Assembly: GCA_037447605.1 (NCBI GenBank)
Contig: CM074815.1
Span: forward strand, 744,001-808,000
DNA from: Zygnema circumcarinatum SAG 698-1b
Lineage: Eukaryota; Plantae; Zygnematophyceae
Direction of reading: 5' to 3'
Length of the DNA: 64,000 bases
The position numbers and the translations under genes are program-made. Below the pieces are notes generated by a model that saw only the letters and a list, made by a program, of their open reading frames with translations, had not been told where the DNA came from and ran no database searches. Numbering within the stretch: position 1 is the first letter of the stretch; each line of letters begins with the position of its first letter. Shown here one piece after another: positions 39,621 through 52,469 of the stretch.

Positions 39621-41608
39621 CGCGAGAGCTTCCTGAACCTCCTTTCTCTGCAAACCAAGAACCAGGAACCTCACCACCCAAGACCTGTCTGCAGCTCAAA
39701 GAATTTTTGTGTCCCAAAATTTGAAAATTGCAACTCAGATCCTGCTCCTCTTAGCAGGTAGAGTCGACTGGTTCCGAATCCACTGATCCACCATTGCAGA
39801 GCCAGATCCACACCACGTGCCAGCCTGTTCATCCGATTCCCCGAGCCCCTCCGAGATCTACGTGGATCCATTATATCACCCTCCGAGGACGCCGGAAGAA
39901 AGCCGGATCTTCTCTTCACCGTTAAAATGATGACACGTGGCACAAAATTGTAATCCTGCGGCTGTCAGAGCCTTCGGATCTAGCATTGCCACGTGTTGGT
40001 CACTTATTGGGTGCATTTTCCATCAGAACGGAACGCGGAACGGGCCCATGTGACACGGGACATGGGAACCCGCCGGCGAGCTTGTGGCTAGGCCCTGCGA
40101 GTTCGCTCCTAGCTTTTTTCTTCTGTGCTTAGGTCCTTTGCGGCCAGTCCCTCGTGGTTCCCCGTATTGATTTGGTCCATGTACACTTGATGGCATCATC
40201 TCCATAGTGAGATCAATGCCCCATCCCTTGCTGTAAGTTCGCCACCTTATTAGATCAAACAACCTGCGAAGCATTTGAGGAACGGGGGTGGGGGGGGAGG
40301 GAGAGATGTGGCATTGATCTTTTGAGGCTGTCCCACAGGTTGAATTTCTAGGACATTACCACGATGGGAATGTTGTGCTGGTACCAACTCAAGTCAAAGA
40401 TGAGTGAGTTCCTAGCATTATTATCTCACAAGGTTACTTCAATAGGTACAGTAGTGATGGTGGCCTCAGACCGTACGGTGTAGGTCGGTTCGCACGCGCG
40501 AACGTTGCCAGCCTACTCACGATGGCGAATAGAAAACCGCCACGTCAGAGAATAGGTTTGTAATACTGCGACAAATCACAGCTCTCCACATCAGTCGAGT
40601 GGATCACCTGGCAGACTCTGTGACCCATCATGGCATGTGTGCATGCGTTGTTTGGCATGGGAGAAATAGCGGTCGAGGCGGCTTATAAGGGTCCCCCAAG
40701 GGCCCTCCAAAGGCAGATGGCATGTGGCAGCATTCACTCGCCTAAAACCCAATGGCTTTGCTCCCCCTCAGATTTTGAAAAGCTGTGAGCCGCTGGCCGA
40801 TCGCATCTGAAGGTTGCATAGCAGAAAACACACTCGACTCGAATTTCAGATTTTTTTTTTTCCCAACTCATTGGTCAGCACCCCTCTTAACTAAAAATCT
40901 TGGATCCCAGCGAGTCAGCCCTCCTTGAACTAACATCCTGGGCCTGCCACGCACAACCTGCAGCGAGCTGCCTCCCCACACGCGGCGGAAGAGACAAGAT
41001 TGCACACCCAATCTGGCGAGGCCATGCGCCGTAGTACAAACTTTGATGGCATTTAGCACATCGTTCGTACGCGCTGCAAACGCTTTCTACCCAACTATGG
41101 GAGTCATACGTTGCACGTTTGGGTACCGCTGGAACTGCACTGCATGACGCCAGCAGGGGCACTCGGGGGGCTTTTGCCTTTGCCCTTGCCTATAGTCAGG
41201 CATCTTCCAATGGGCACCACACCACACCACATACACTACTGAAAAAATGTGGTCCAGTAGAGTACCCAGTCGCATATGGATTTGCTAAACCTTCGTAGAC
41301 AATGAACTTCGTGACAGTATCGTACTATGGAGATACGCTCTAGCGAAAGTGACGGAGTATTTTTTCGAAACATGCGGGGTCACATGCAGCATTGCAGAAC
41401 CATCTTCTAACGCATGGCGAGACATGATTCAACAAAGACACAGAAGCGCAGAGGCACGGAACCTCTCCAACGTGCCGCGCTGCAAGCCAACAGTTTGCTC
41501 TTTCCCTTCCAGTGAGAAACAGCCCAGGAAAGGTGCTGGCAACATTGAACCATTGGAGCCATTGCAGCTGCATAGAAGGGTCGGATCAGAGTGAAGGCCG
41601 AGAGCCCC

Positions 41609-44600
41609 TCAGAGCTGAGGCCCTTTGGCGAGCCAGGCGGCGATATCGTCTTGGTCACGTCGCAGCCACGCCGCGCGGGACCTTATGTCTTCGAGGGTTC
41701 GCCCCAGTTCCATGTTCGCCTCCGGCACGGGATGTGCTTTGAAAAACTCCTCCGCCTCCTGTGCTTTTTCGTAGGTGCTGAATCCCCGCAGGGGCACCGA
41801 CACCGCATCCTGCACCATATATACATACATACATACATACATGCATGTATGCATCGATGTTATGCCGAGGCATGGATACCACATGTTGCACGATAGGTAC
41901 ATGCATACATCCATGATGCATGCATCGATGTCAAGCAGATGGGTCGACACCACATGTTGCACCGCACATATATACATACATCATGTCCCACTCACTGATC
42001 CTATGGCCTTCCTCAAAACATGCATAATATCATGTGTATTGGGGCCCTCGCGAACATCCGAAACAAAGAGATAAGCGGATTTTTTTCTCTTGGTTCGGAT
42101 AGGTGACAGGCTGGGGGGATGCGCAGCTGTGGGTTACCAATATGGGCTTTAGGAGGTCCTGCATACCTGAATGAGCCCGGAGGAATTTTTAAACCGTGCG
42201 TAGATGCTTTCCCAGCGCTCCCTCACAAAGTCCCACTGAATTTCACGCCCCCAACGGTTTCTAGACAGCGCGGAAAATACGTACCTGCAGCACAGCATAC
42301 AAGATATTAAATAATAATTTAATAATTCGATAATGAGCATTTTTTAGTCTTTATAATATGGGGATATCTTGTTCGCAAAAATCAAATCTTGTAACTTACA
42401 TTAGTAATTTGCGAGTCTCATTTATTTCAAGCGATGACAATCTTCATCAGCAATCCGTTGGTGGAAACTTTCCGTTCTAAGAAGGTCTGCCCAATTGGAG
42501 AAACACATTTTAAGAGAGGCAACTTACGCAGTATCTTGTGCCTTCACCTCGTTCTCGTTGAGCCCAAATTCAAGATACTCCCGAATAAGTTCTTGATCCT
42601 TTGTCTGCCCCATCGCTGCAACAACATAAACCTAATTAGCCTAACAGATTTCCAACAAAGATAATATACCAGCCGAAGGAAACCATCCGTAGCTCTCAAA
42701 AGGTAGACAACAAAACATCAACACAGACATACATTCTTTTTCCTGCTGATTTTTCCACCTTCTAAACGGCTGACCTTTTCTTATTATCCAAAGAGTTCGC
42801 GTCCCACTTCTCCCTAAATCAAGTCTTTTATGGCGGTCTATCTACCTTTTGGTTTCACTCACCCATAAGACACTCCAGTTTAAAGTCCGGAGTCTGCGCT
42901 TCACGATAGAGCTGCTTTGCCGACTCAAATTCTTCCCGGCCTCCATACTTCACTGCTATATAACTAACTGGTTTCCGCAGATCGGCAGGCACTGAATGTG
43001 GGTCCTTTTGTAACTCTGAAAACCTTCTTCTGCATTCTTCTATTGTCGATTCATGACCAAATGCAGCAAGGCGGCCAAGAACAAGAGGTCTTAGCAAAGC
43101 CACCAAATGAGACTCTCCGGACTGAGGATTCCAACCCACTCGCTCTACAATGGGAATGAAGAGATCTCGTGCCACTGCCTCAAAGCGATCAAGATATTCT
43201 GTTGTAGAGAGAAGAACAGCTACCTCTCCCAAGTCTCCGCTTAGCTGATCCCAAACAGTGTATTCCGTCTCATTCTTGAATGAGAATGCCAATTCTAAAG
43301 CGTGGCTGCTAGCCAGAATCCCTGACTTGGCTAATGCGAAGGCATCCATCAGAATTCCCAAACGATCTGTCACACTCAGTGCATTTGACCGAACGGCCAA
43401 TCCCAGAGCAGCCCATTGCTTTAGGCTGTAATTTACGCGGAAAAATCCGGACTGTCCTGCATTCAGCTTTAGCCAACCCCCTTCTGGAAGCTCCAACTCG
43501 CTTGTCTCTACCTCCTTCTCTGTCAATATGGTAGTGGGGAGAGAAAAAGTTTTTCCATCTGCTGTACCAGCAATGGCTGTAATAGGGACCCACCATAGAT
43601 GTGCGTCTTCCTCCTCAGTGGGAGGTCCTTTTGAGAGAAATCTGCTTTGGTGAAGGTGCAGACCTCCCCCTGTAGAAGGGCTCACAGTGATGAGGGGATA
43701 GCCCATCTGTTGGGTCCAACTCATCATCATGCTCTCAACAGGCTTCCCAGATTCCTCTCCCACTGCTTTCCAAAGGTCGTTCGTAACAGTGTTTCCCCAT
43801 TGATGTCTCTTGAGGTAGGCTCGCAAGCCCTGCAAAACCCTTCGACACCATGTCATCATAGCCTAGCAAACGAAGAAGAATCAATGATGAATGACGTACA
43901 TGATGAATCAATTGATAACTGACACAAAAGCTGCAGAAAGCAGCATCGCCCACATGTCAGACGACGAGAGTGAGAGCCCCTCCTCTTAAGAAACGTACCT
44001 GTTTGAAGACTTCAGGGTTAACAGTAGCATCCAACTGTCGGATCACACAGGCTCCCTTCTCGTAAGAAAGGGCATCAAAAACTTGGTCGATCTCCTTAGG
44101 ATCGCGAATAGGGACTTCGATCGGGTGGGAGGATAGGAGCGCATCAGTCACTAGTGCAGAGCCGAAGTCAGTGCTCACAAACTGATTCCCGCACACCCAC
44201 AAGCCAAAGTGCATTTTTTCCAGTATTTTAGGGTTTGTAGAGTTTGATCTTGCATTGCGATCACACTCAGAGAGCGGAAGTATAATTGCACCAGCTCAGA
44301 ATGGCAACACAGAAGCAAACGACGGGAGTTCAATCTTCAAGAAATCAAAAACGTGGGTTTGAAAGCCTACACCAACTGCTCCTACTTTTCCCATTCCCAC
44401 CAAACTCGAAGCCTACTCGTAGAATCATCCAGTGCCGATGTCATTCCATCCTCTTATGTCATCCTCATTCTAGTTTCCGGATTGTCGTTATACGTCCTAC
44501 GCCGGTCTATTGTAACATATGCTTTTCAGATTTCGTTGACGTTAAATTGAATGGAACCATCGATGAAGGTGGACGAAGATTGTTCAGTCCTAGAGAATAT

Positions 44601-47600
44601 TCTACCTCAAGGTCAAGGTGAATCTGCCATATATAAAACTATTTGATTGTTGTTCAAACATGTCAGCTTCTGGAAACCCTAAAACAATTTGGTGATGCTC
44701 ATCTACCATGTATGGAGTTGTTCGATTGTTGAACAACTCTATCCAATGCTGGCAACATCCTACATGGAACAACAGCTCCATGCATCCATTCCATGCATCC
44801 AAAACCTCCTTCTAAAGTGAGCCCACCTGCGTCCATACGTCCCATTCAGGATGAACATGGTCCACCCCCAACCAGCCGACCCATGTTGCAAAGCCCTCAT
44901 TCAACCAGAGGTCGTTCCACCACTCCATTGTCACCAGGTTTCCGAACCACTGCAGTGCACATCACAAGGCTTCTAAGAAAACAAGGCTTTTTAAACAGAC
45001 TTTGAAGCAGGCGGAAGGGAAAGACAGCAAAAGGAGATGATAACGCAGATAAGGAAAGACTTAAAAAGTTTGCACTTCTGCTGATCACAGGCGGCAGATT
45101 TCAACGAGGATACAGTATTCAAGCAGTTTGAATTTATGAGCCTTGCCTTAAGGGCACGCATGAGCTTCGCTGAAGTTCAGAGTTTAAGTGGAGGTATTAC
45201 TTGCATGGATAGCTGTATGCGGACCTATGACTTGAAAACCAAAAGTGAATGCAAGGCTTGTTGCATATCACGACTAACCTTCATCTCATTCTGCAGCGTA
45301 AGCCAAGGCCTTACAGACAATACAAGAAAAGGCTGAATGTGCATTCATCAAATTTCGAAGCTATCGAGCGAAATCCTACTTGGTGAGCGAGCTCGTGAGA
45401 AACAACATAGGCGACATACTGACACGCAGCTGCTGAAGACTTGGCTTCATCCACCAACAACGCCGTATCGCGAAATGTGATGAGCCCCCAATTCTCCATT
45501 GCTCCCGAGGCAAATTCCGGAACAGCTGCATTGCATTGTACATAGCCATCTTTCACAATTGAGGGAGAGGGAGAGGGAGAGAGCGGGGCTCATGCGATGA
45601 AGCTCCAACGGCAGGTACATGCCCCTAATGATTATGCACATCGCTTCTTACTCTTAACAAACATTCACTAGCATAGGAATTAGCCTGGACTGAGGGTGTA
45701 ACTGAAACCAAAGAACAGAAAAGAGTTCCGTGATTGTCACGTCAAACGTACCCACAAGATCTGCTTTAGGAAGGGGAAATGCGATCCCAAAGTAGTCAGC
45801 GAAGAAGGAGAGAATCTCTGCAGCAATTTTGAGAGAAAAGCGGCCCTGCTCCGTGTTTCCAGGAGTTGTATACACACTCACCTGTACGGATGGTCATGAA
45901 AGATGTGTTGATTGAATTCCAGGCATCTAGAGTTTGATGCAAAAGGGCTTGCAAAGTATATGACTTGAAGAAAAGAACTTTGATGAAAGAGTCCCACAGA
46001 TCAACGACATGGATAAATGGCAAGGTGAATGAGATCGTTTGGGAGGGGAGGCATGACTTGTACAATACGCTACTGCAAACTTATATAAAGGGCACAAGGC
46101 AAATGCCTTTGATTCCCTTCATAAGTCTTCTCTATCATGGTGATGAAAAATGCACAAAAACCATCGGGTGCAAATAGACTCAGGAAGTGCTTAAGCTGCT
46201 TAAACAGCTCACCTCCACCCCTTCTTTTGTGGTCGTCGTCACCCTCTCCAAATGACCGACAACGAACGCCAACAAATATGTGCTCATGATTGGTGTATCT
46301 GCAAACTTAACCGCGGTCGATCCACTCGATAGAAGCTCACGACCAACTTCAGGCATGTTGGAGAGAGCGGTCAAACCCGGCTTCACGATCAAAGTGACGG
46401 CAAAGATGGCCTTGAATGAAGGCTCATCCCAGCAGGGAACTGCTCTGCGAGCATCTGTAGCTTCAAACTGTGTTGTAGCCATATACTGCTTCTTGCCATT
46501 CGTAGTATAAGAGGCACCTGCACGGAACTTGGCTTGGGCACAATGAAATGAAGAAGTCTATAGATAAAAGATTGCAGGCACATGCCCAATTCAAGAAAGA
46601 CTGGCTGAGCGTCATGCGATTAAGCTCGGATGAAGGATTAATCTAAGCCTTCACAATTGCCATCATCTTTCAGTTTTAACGGCTTTGCCAGTCAGTTCAT
46701 TCTCTATCAGAACATAAAAGATGCGCACACAACAATACATGAAGCCGGACACTTCACTTCGTTCGCAGAAATAATATGTCTCTACAGCTCATCGGGGTCA
46801 CTATTGCATAATTTCATCGAAGTTATTATTATTCTGTTTCCAAAACTTGAACCGCAGAACTAGTAAGTCTAAAACTCAGTGAAGCAATCCGATGGATGAC
46901 TTACGGTAGAATCCAATCATGTTATCGTTGAGCGTTCCCCGGTAGTTGAGGTGCAGCACAGCCTTTCCTGGTTCCAAAAATCTACTCCCGAGGCCCAGCA
47001 CTGCAGTTCCACTCTCATTGTCGAGCTCAATTGGATATGTTGTATCGTTAGGGGCAATGAAGTTGCCATTGCTGAAGACTTCGGCCTGCAAAACCCAGCT
47101 ATAATCTGACGAAACATCTCACATAAAGGAATGTTTGCATTTGGACACAGGATTTAAAACAGCTTTGAATCACATCAACACACAGAAGAACTTTACAATT
47201 GAATGCTGATTGACCATAGTTTCAATACATTGTGGCCGAACAGGCAAGCTTGTGTGCGTCAGAATAATGCAAGAATCAAAGCTTCAAGGTGGCCACAGTT
47301 GACTTCGAACATGCTATCAGCCTTCTGACTTGCCTTGCTTCCAGCAGCTGCTTGTTTAGTTGACAGCTGGCTAAGCCTTCAGTGCTTCAAACTACTTCAC
47401 TAATCCGCAGAAGCAAGATGCCTCGCGGAAGAGTGATACTTCGGCTTAGTCATAACCCTAGGAGTCAGCCTGGATGATAATTTGACAAGTTAACTCAATT
47501 TTCCTCAACTATGTAAATATAAGTAGATGGAAAAAGGACCCTCTGTTTATAAAAAAAATAAAAAGCAAAAACGAAGGGGGGCTGATCTCGAATACCGGCC

Positions 47601-48185
47601 CTGACATTCCGATCGTGAAGGTGAACGTAACATTCATTGGTGCCTAACTAAGAGGTTTTGCCAAAATTGATTGAAATAAGCATAAAGGGAAAAAAAACAC
47701 ACCTAAACACAAAAAAAAAAACACGCCTATGAAACAAGAGTTTCAAGTAATGAACATAGAAAATCATCAAAATAGAGAAAAAAAAAATTGATGACGTCCA
47801 AAATTCCTGACGTCCACCTCTCCTCCAGCAGTATCCTACCCCTCTTCCTTCCAAAAACTGCAGAAAAGCGGATGAGAATGCCCCTTGCGCGACCTAGAAG
47901 TCAAGCCTTTCCTCCAATGGCGATGCGCCACGTATGCAAATATTGACACGTGGCAAATTCCCATTGGAAAATGCTCCTTAGAACTACAGGACTGCACTGT
48001 GAAGGCCTCACCTTCAAGATGTGGAGGTCCTGCGCATGGAACGTGAGCTGGCTGACGCGCTGCAGCACGTCCAGCTCGATCTCTACCGACCCTGCAAAAG
48101 TGAAGTCCTGCAAATCAGGCTCCAATGTCACTGAATACTTGACCGGCTTCACATGCAACGGAAGCCTCTCAAACTCTGCAGCCAT
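41609..48185 (-). CDS. APM1: M1-family (puromycin-sensitive) aminopeptidase. Exons 48185-48012, 47085-46905, 46517-46213, 45881-45752, 45525-45380, 44949-44827, 44181-43999, 43829-42863, 42615-42528, 42284-42167, 41809-41609 (~871 aa)
   Basis: [34 protein letters not shown]|[23 protein letters not shown] (HExxH-x18-E) and [10 protein letters not shown]. All 10 introns are GT-AG with matching phase. Confidence 0.98.
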
Positions 48186-48399
48186 GACGCTGCAATGGCG
48201 GCGGAAAATCCCCGGGGAACTTCAGCAAATATCAGCCCGCTTTTCCAATCTGTATTTAGACAAAAAAAAAAAAATGAGGGAGAGGGAGAGCAGAGAATGG
48301 GAGAGCAGAGTGGGCGAGGAGCCAACTAGCGCCCCGAAAATAAGTCGGACCCTATGGAAATGTTCAGATATGATGGTGGGTTTCCATCAGCCCGTTATT

Positions 48400-48760
48400 C
48401 CGACGTGGCGTCGTAATGGACGACGACCCATGGGTTCCATGAGGCCGTTTCCGCCAACGTGGCGCCGACGTGGCTTCCACGTGGTAACGAGGCACCGTTC
48501 CACAGAACTGTGCACCGCCTGCAGCTAGGCTCCCCCCCTCCCCGCCGTCGATCGCCACGATCGGAATTGCTGCAGCTCCCCGCCCCCCGGCCGCCCACCC
48601 GCCCTGCAGCGTCCTCCCAGGTACGGCGCAGCGCCCGAGCGGGCGACGCCGGCCGAGCGCGCGGTCACCGCGGTGCCGGTTGCCACGTAGTTGCCACGGC
48701 GGCGCCACGTCTGGCACGTCGATTACACGTCTGCATGTCTATCCACGTCGGCGCCACGTC
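48400..48760. promoter_or_regulatory. Cluster of ACGT-core (G-box/ABRE-like) motifs upstream of APM1
   Basis: About 10 ACGT cores, mostly CCACGT or CCGACGTGGC, in ~360 bp. Confidence 0.5.
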
Positions 48761-49275
48761 ATTTAAAACCACTGAAATTGAACTTCGGGTGTGCCCGCCG
48801 CCGCTTGCCCACCGCCCATTGAAATTGAACATCGTGTCCTGGTACCAGGAGGTCTAGAGTTCGATCTTTGTTGGAGGCGTGTTTGCTACACAGCCCGAGC
48901 GAGCGAGGGAGGCCCTGCTTGCTTGCGCGGAGCGGTGTGTGGCGGCCGCGCCCCCCCCCCTTACGCATTACCACCGCATGTGCTGCAGGTACGTCTCTAT
49001 CCATCTTTTTTTCTATCCATCCGTTTATGCAGCGTGGTTTACTTACCTCTTTCTTCTATTGCAGAAATGGATCCAAGAATTCCTCATCTCTATCCTCATC
49101 ATCTAGGGTTGAGTCCAGAAGACGAAGCGTGGAGCGTATTTGATGATGCCTCTTATCTAGTGAAGAAGAATGGATGTATTATAGGAGATGAAGAGCTTAA
49201 AAGGACAATATTTGCAGCGGAAACGACAATTGAAGATGAAGAGGAACAAAGACGCGACATGCCTATAAAGCCAAG

Positions 49276-52097
49276 GTATGCTATTGGCTTTCTGCTTTCT
49301 GCTTTTCACTTTCTGCTTTCTGCTCTGTGCTTTCTGCTTTTTGCTTTTGGCTTTCTACTTTCTGCTTTTTGCTTTTGCTTTCTGCATTCTGCTTTCTGCT
49401 TTCTGCATTCTGCATTCTGCATTCAGCATTCAGCATTCAGCATTCAGCATTCAGCATTCAGCATTCAGCATTCAGCATTCAGCATTCAGCATTCAGCATT
49501 CAGCATTCAGCATTCTACATTCTGCATCCTGCATTCAGCATTCAGCATTCAGCATTCAGCATTCTGCATTCTACTTTCTGCTTTCTGCTTTCTACTTTTT
49601 GCATTTTGCATTTTGCATTTTGCTTTTTGCTTTTGCTTTTTGCATTCTGCTTTCTGCTTTCTGCTTTCTGCATTCAGCATTCTGCATTCTGCATTCTGCA
49701 TTCAGCATTCAGCATTCAGCATTCAGCATTCAGCATTCAACATTCAGCATTCAGCATTCTGCATTCAGCATTCTGCATTCTGCATCCTGCATTCTGCATT
49801 CTGCATTTTGTATTTGCATTCTGCATTCTGCATTCTGCATTCAGCATTCAGCATTCAGCATTCAGCATTCAGCATTCAGCATTCAGCATTCAACATTCAG
49901 CATTCAACATTCTGACATTCTGACATTCTGCAACCTGCATCCTGCATCCTGCATCCTACTTTTTGCATTCTGCTTTCTGCATTCTGCATCTGCATTCTGC
50001 ATTCTGCATTCAACATTCAGCATTCAGCATTCAGCATTCAGCATTCAGCATTCAGCATTCAGCATTCAGCATTCAGCATTCAGCATTCAGCATTCAGCAT
50101 TCAGCATTCAGCATTCAGCATTCAACATTCAGCATTCAGCATTCAGCATCCTGCATTTTGCATCTTGCATTCTGCATTCTGCATTCTGCTTTCTGCTTTC
50201 TGCTTTTTGCATTCTGCATTTTGCATTTTGCTTTTTGCTTTTGCTTTTTGCATTCTGCTTTCTGCTTTCTGCTTTTTGCATTCTGCATTCTGCATTCAGC
50301 ATTCAGCATTCAGCATTCAGCATTCAGCATTCAGCATGCAACATTCAGCATTCAACATTCTGCATTGAGCATTGAGCATTGAGCATTGAGCATTGAGCAT
50401 TGAGCATTGAGCATTGAGCATTGAGCATTGAGCATTGAGCATTGAGCATTGAGCATTGAGCATTGAGCATTGAGCATTGAGCATTGAGCATTGAGCATTG
50501 AGCATTGAGCATTGAGCGGTGAGCGGTGAGCGATGAGCATTGAGCATTGAGCATTGAGCATTGAGCATTGAACGTGAGCATTGAGCATTGAGCGGTGAGC
50601 ATTGAGCATTGAGCATTGAGCATTGAGCATTGAGCATTGAGCATTGAGCATTGAGCATTGAGCATTGAGCATTGAGCATTGAGCATTGAGCATTGAGCAT
50701 TGAGCATTGAACATTGAGCATTGAGCATTGGGCATTGAGCATTGAGCGGTGAGCATTGAGCATTGAGCATTGAGCAGTGAGCATTGACGTGAGCATTGAG
50801 CATTGAGCATTGAGCATTGAGCATTGAGCATTGAGCATTGAGCATTGAGCATTGAGCATTGAGCATTGAGCATTGAGCGATGAGCATTGAGCATTGAGCA
50901 TTGAGCATTGAGCATTGAACGTGAGCATTGAGCATTGAGCATTGAGCATTGAGCATTGAGCATTGAGCATTGAGCATTGAGCGTGAGCGTGAGCATTGAG
51001 CAGTGAGCATTGAGCATTGAGCATTGAACATTGAGCATTGAACATTGAGCATTGAGCATTGAGCGTGAGCATTGAGCATTGAGCATTGAGCATTGAGCGT
51101 GAGCATTGAGCGTGAGCATTGAGCATTGGGCATTGAGCATTGAGCGTGGGCATTGAGCATTGAGCGCATTGAGCATTGAGCAGTGAGCGTGAGCATTGAG
51201 CGGTGAGCATTGAGCATTGAGCATTGAGCGTGAGCGGTGAGCATTGAGCATTGAGCATTGGGCATTGAGCATTGGAGCATTGAGCATTGAGCATTGAGCA
51301 TGAGCATTGAGCATTGAGCATTGAGCATTGAGCATTGAGCGTGAGCGGTGAGCATTGAGCATTGAGCGTGAGCATTGAGCATTGAGCATTGAGCATTGAG
51401 CATTGAGCATTGAGCATTGAGCATTGAGCATTGAGCATTGAGCATTGAGCATTGAGCATTGAGCATTGAGCATTGAGCATTGAGCATTGAGCATTGAGCA
51501 TTGAGCATTGAGCATTGAGCATTGAGCATTGAGCATTGAGCATTGAACGCGTGAGCATTGAGCGGTGAGCATTGAGCATTGAGCATTGAGCATTGAGCAT
51601 TGAGCATTGTGAGCATTGAGCGTGAGCATTGAGCATTGAGCATTGAGCATTGAGCATTGAGCATTGAGCATTGAGCATTGAGCATTGAGCATTGAGCATT
51701 CTGCATTGAGCATTGAGCATTGAGCATTGAGCATTGAGCATTGAGCATTCTGCATTCTGCATTCTGCATTCTGCATTCTGCATTCTGCATTCTGCATTCT
51801 GCATTCTGCATTCTGCATTCTGCATTCTGCATTCTGCATTCTGCATTCTGCATTCTGCATTCTGCTGAATTCTGCATTCTGCATTTTGCATTCTGCATTC
51901 TGCATTCTGCATTCTACATTTTGCTGTTGGCTTTCTGCTTTCTACTTTCTGCTTTCTGCTTTTGGCTTTCTGCTTTTTGTTTTCTGCTTTCTGCTTTGTG
52001 CTTTCTGCTTTCTGCTTTTCTTTCAAATTTTGTACATTTTATGTCATTCTTTTTGAAGAATTATTGAATTAAGGGTTTTCCTTTTGTTTTTGTGCAG
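49276..52097 (+). repeat. 7-mer satellite (CTTTCTG/CATTCTG/CATTCAG/CATTGAG variants) filling a 2.8-kb intron
   Basis: Directly visible; bounded by AG|GTATGC and TTGTGCAG|G. Confidence 0.95.
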
Positions 52098-52469
52098 GGC
52101 AACTACAGCTCAAAGCCAATTATTAGTTTCTGGGGTAGAGAGGTTACGCCCAAAATCTACGAAGGCATCATACCGCCCCGTAATAAAGCAATTTGTTGCT
52201 AAGTGTGAAACAGAGCGTTGGAGGCCAGTTCCACATTCAGAAAGAGTGGCAGCTTTTTTATTTTGGAGATTAGACAATGGCACTATGAATGCAGGTCCTT
52301 TAACCCCAAGCACTTTGTCTAATAGTATTTTTGCATTGCAACATGCCCAAAAAACTATTGATTTTATAACACATGATCATGTATCTTTGGGTGTAAAAGT
52401 GAGTGAAAACTTGCAAGTCAAGTATATGGTGGAGATAATGGCCCGCTCTACCGATGAAAGACGACTTAG

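Noticed and set aside
40868-41340. Short Cys-containing minus-strand ORFs downstream of APM1
   Set aside because: No consistent frame, splice pattern or recognisable motif.
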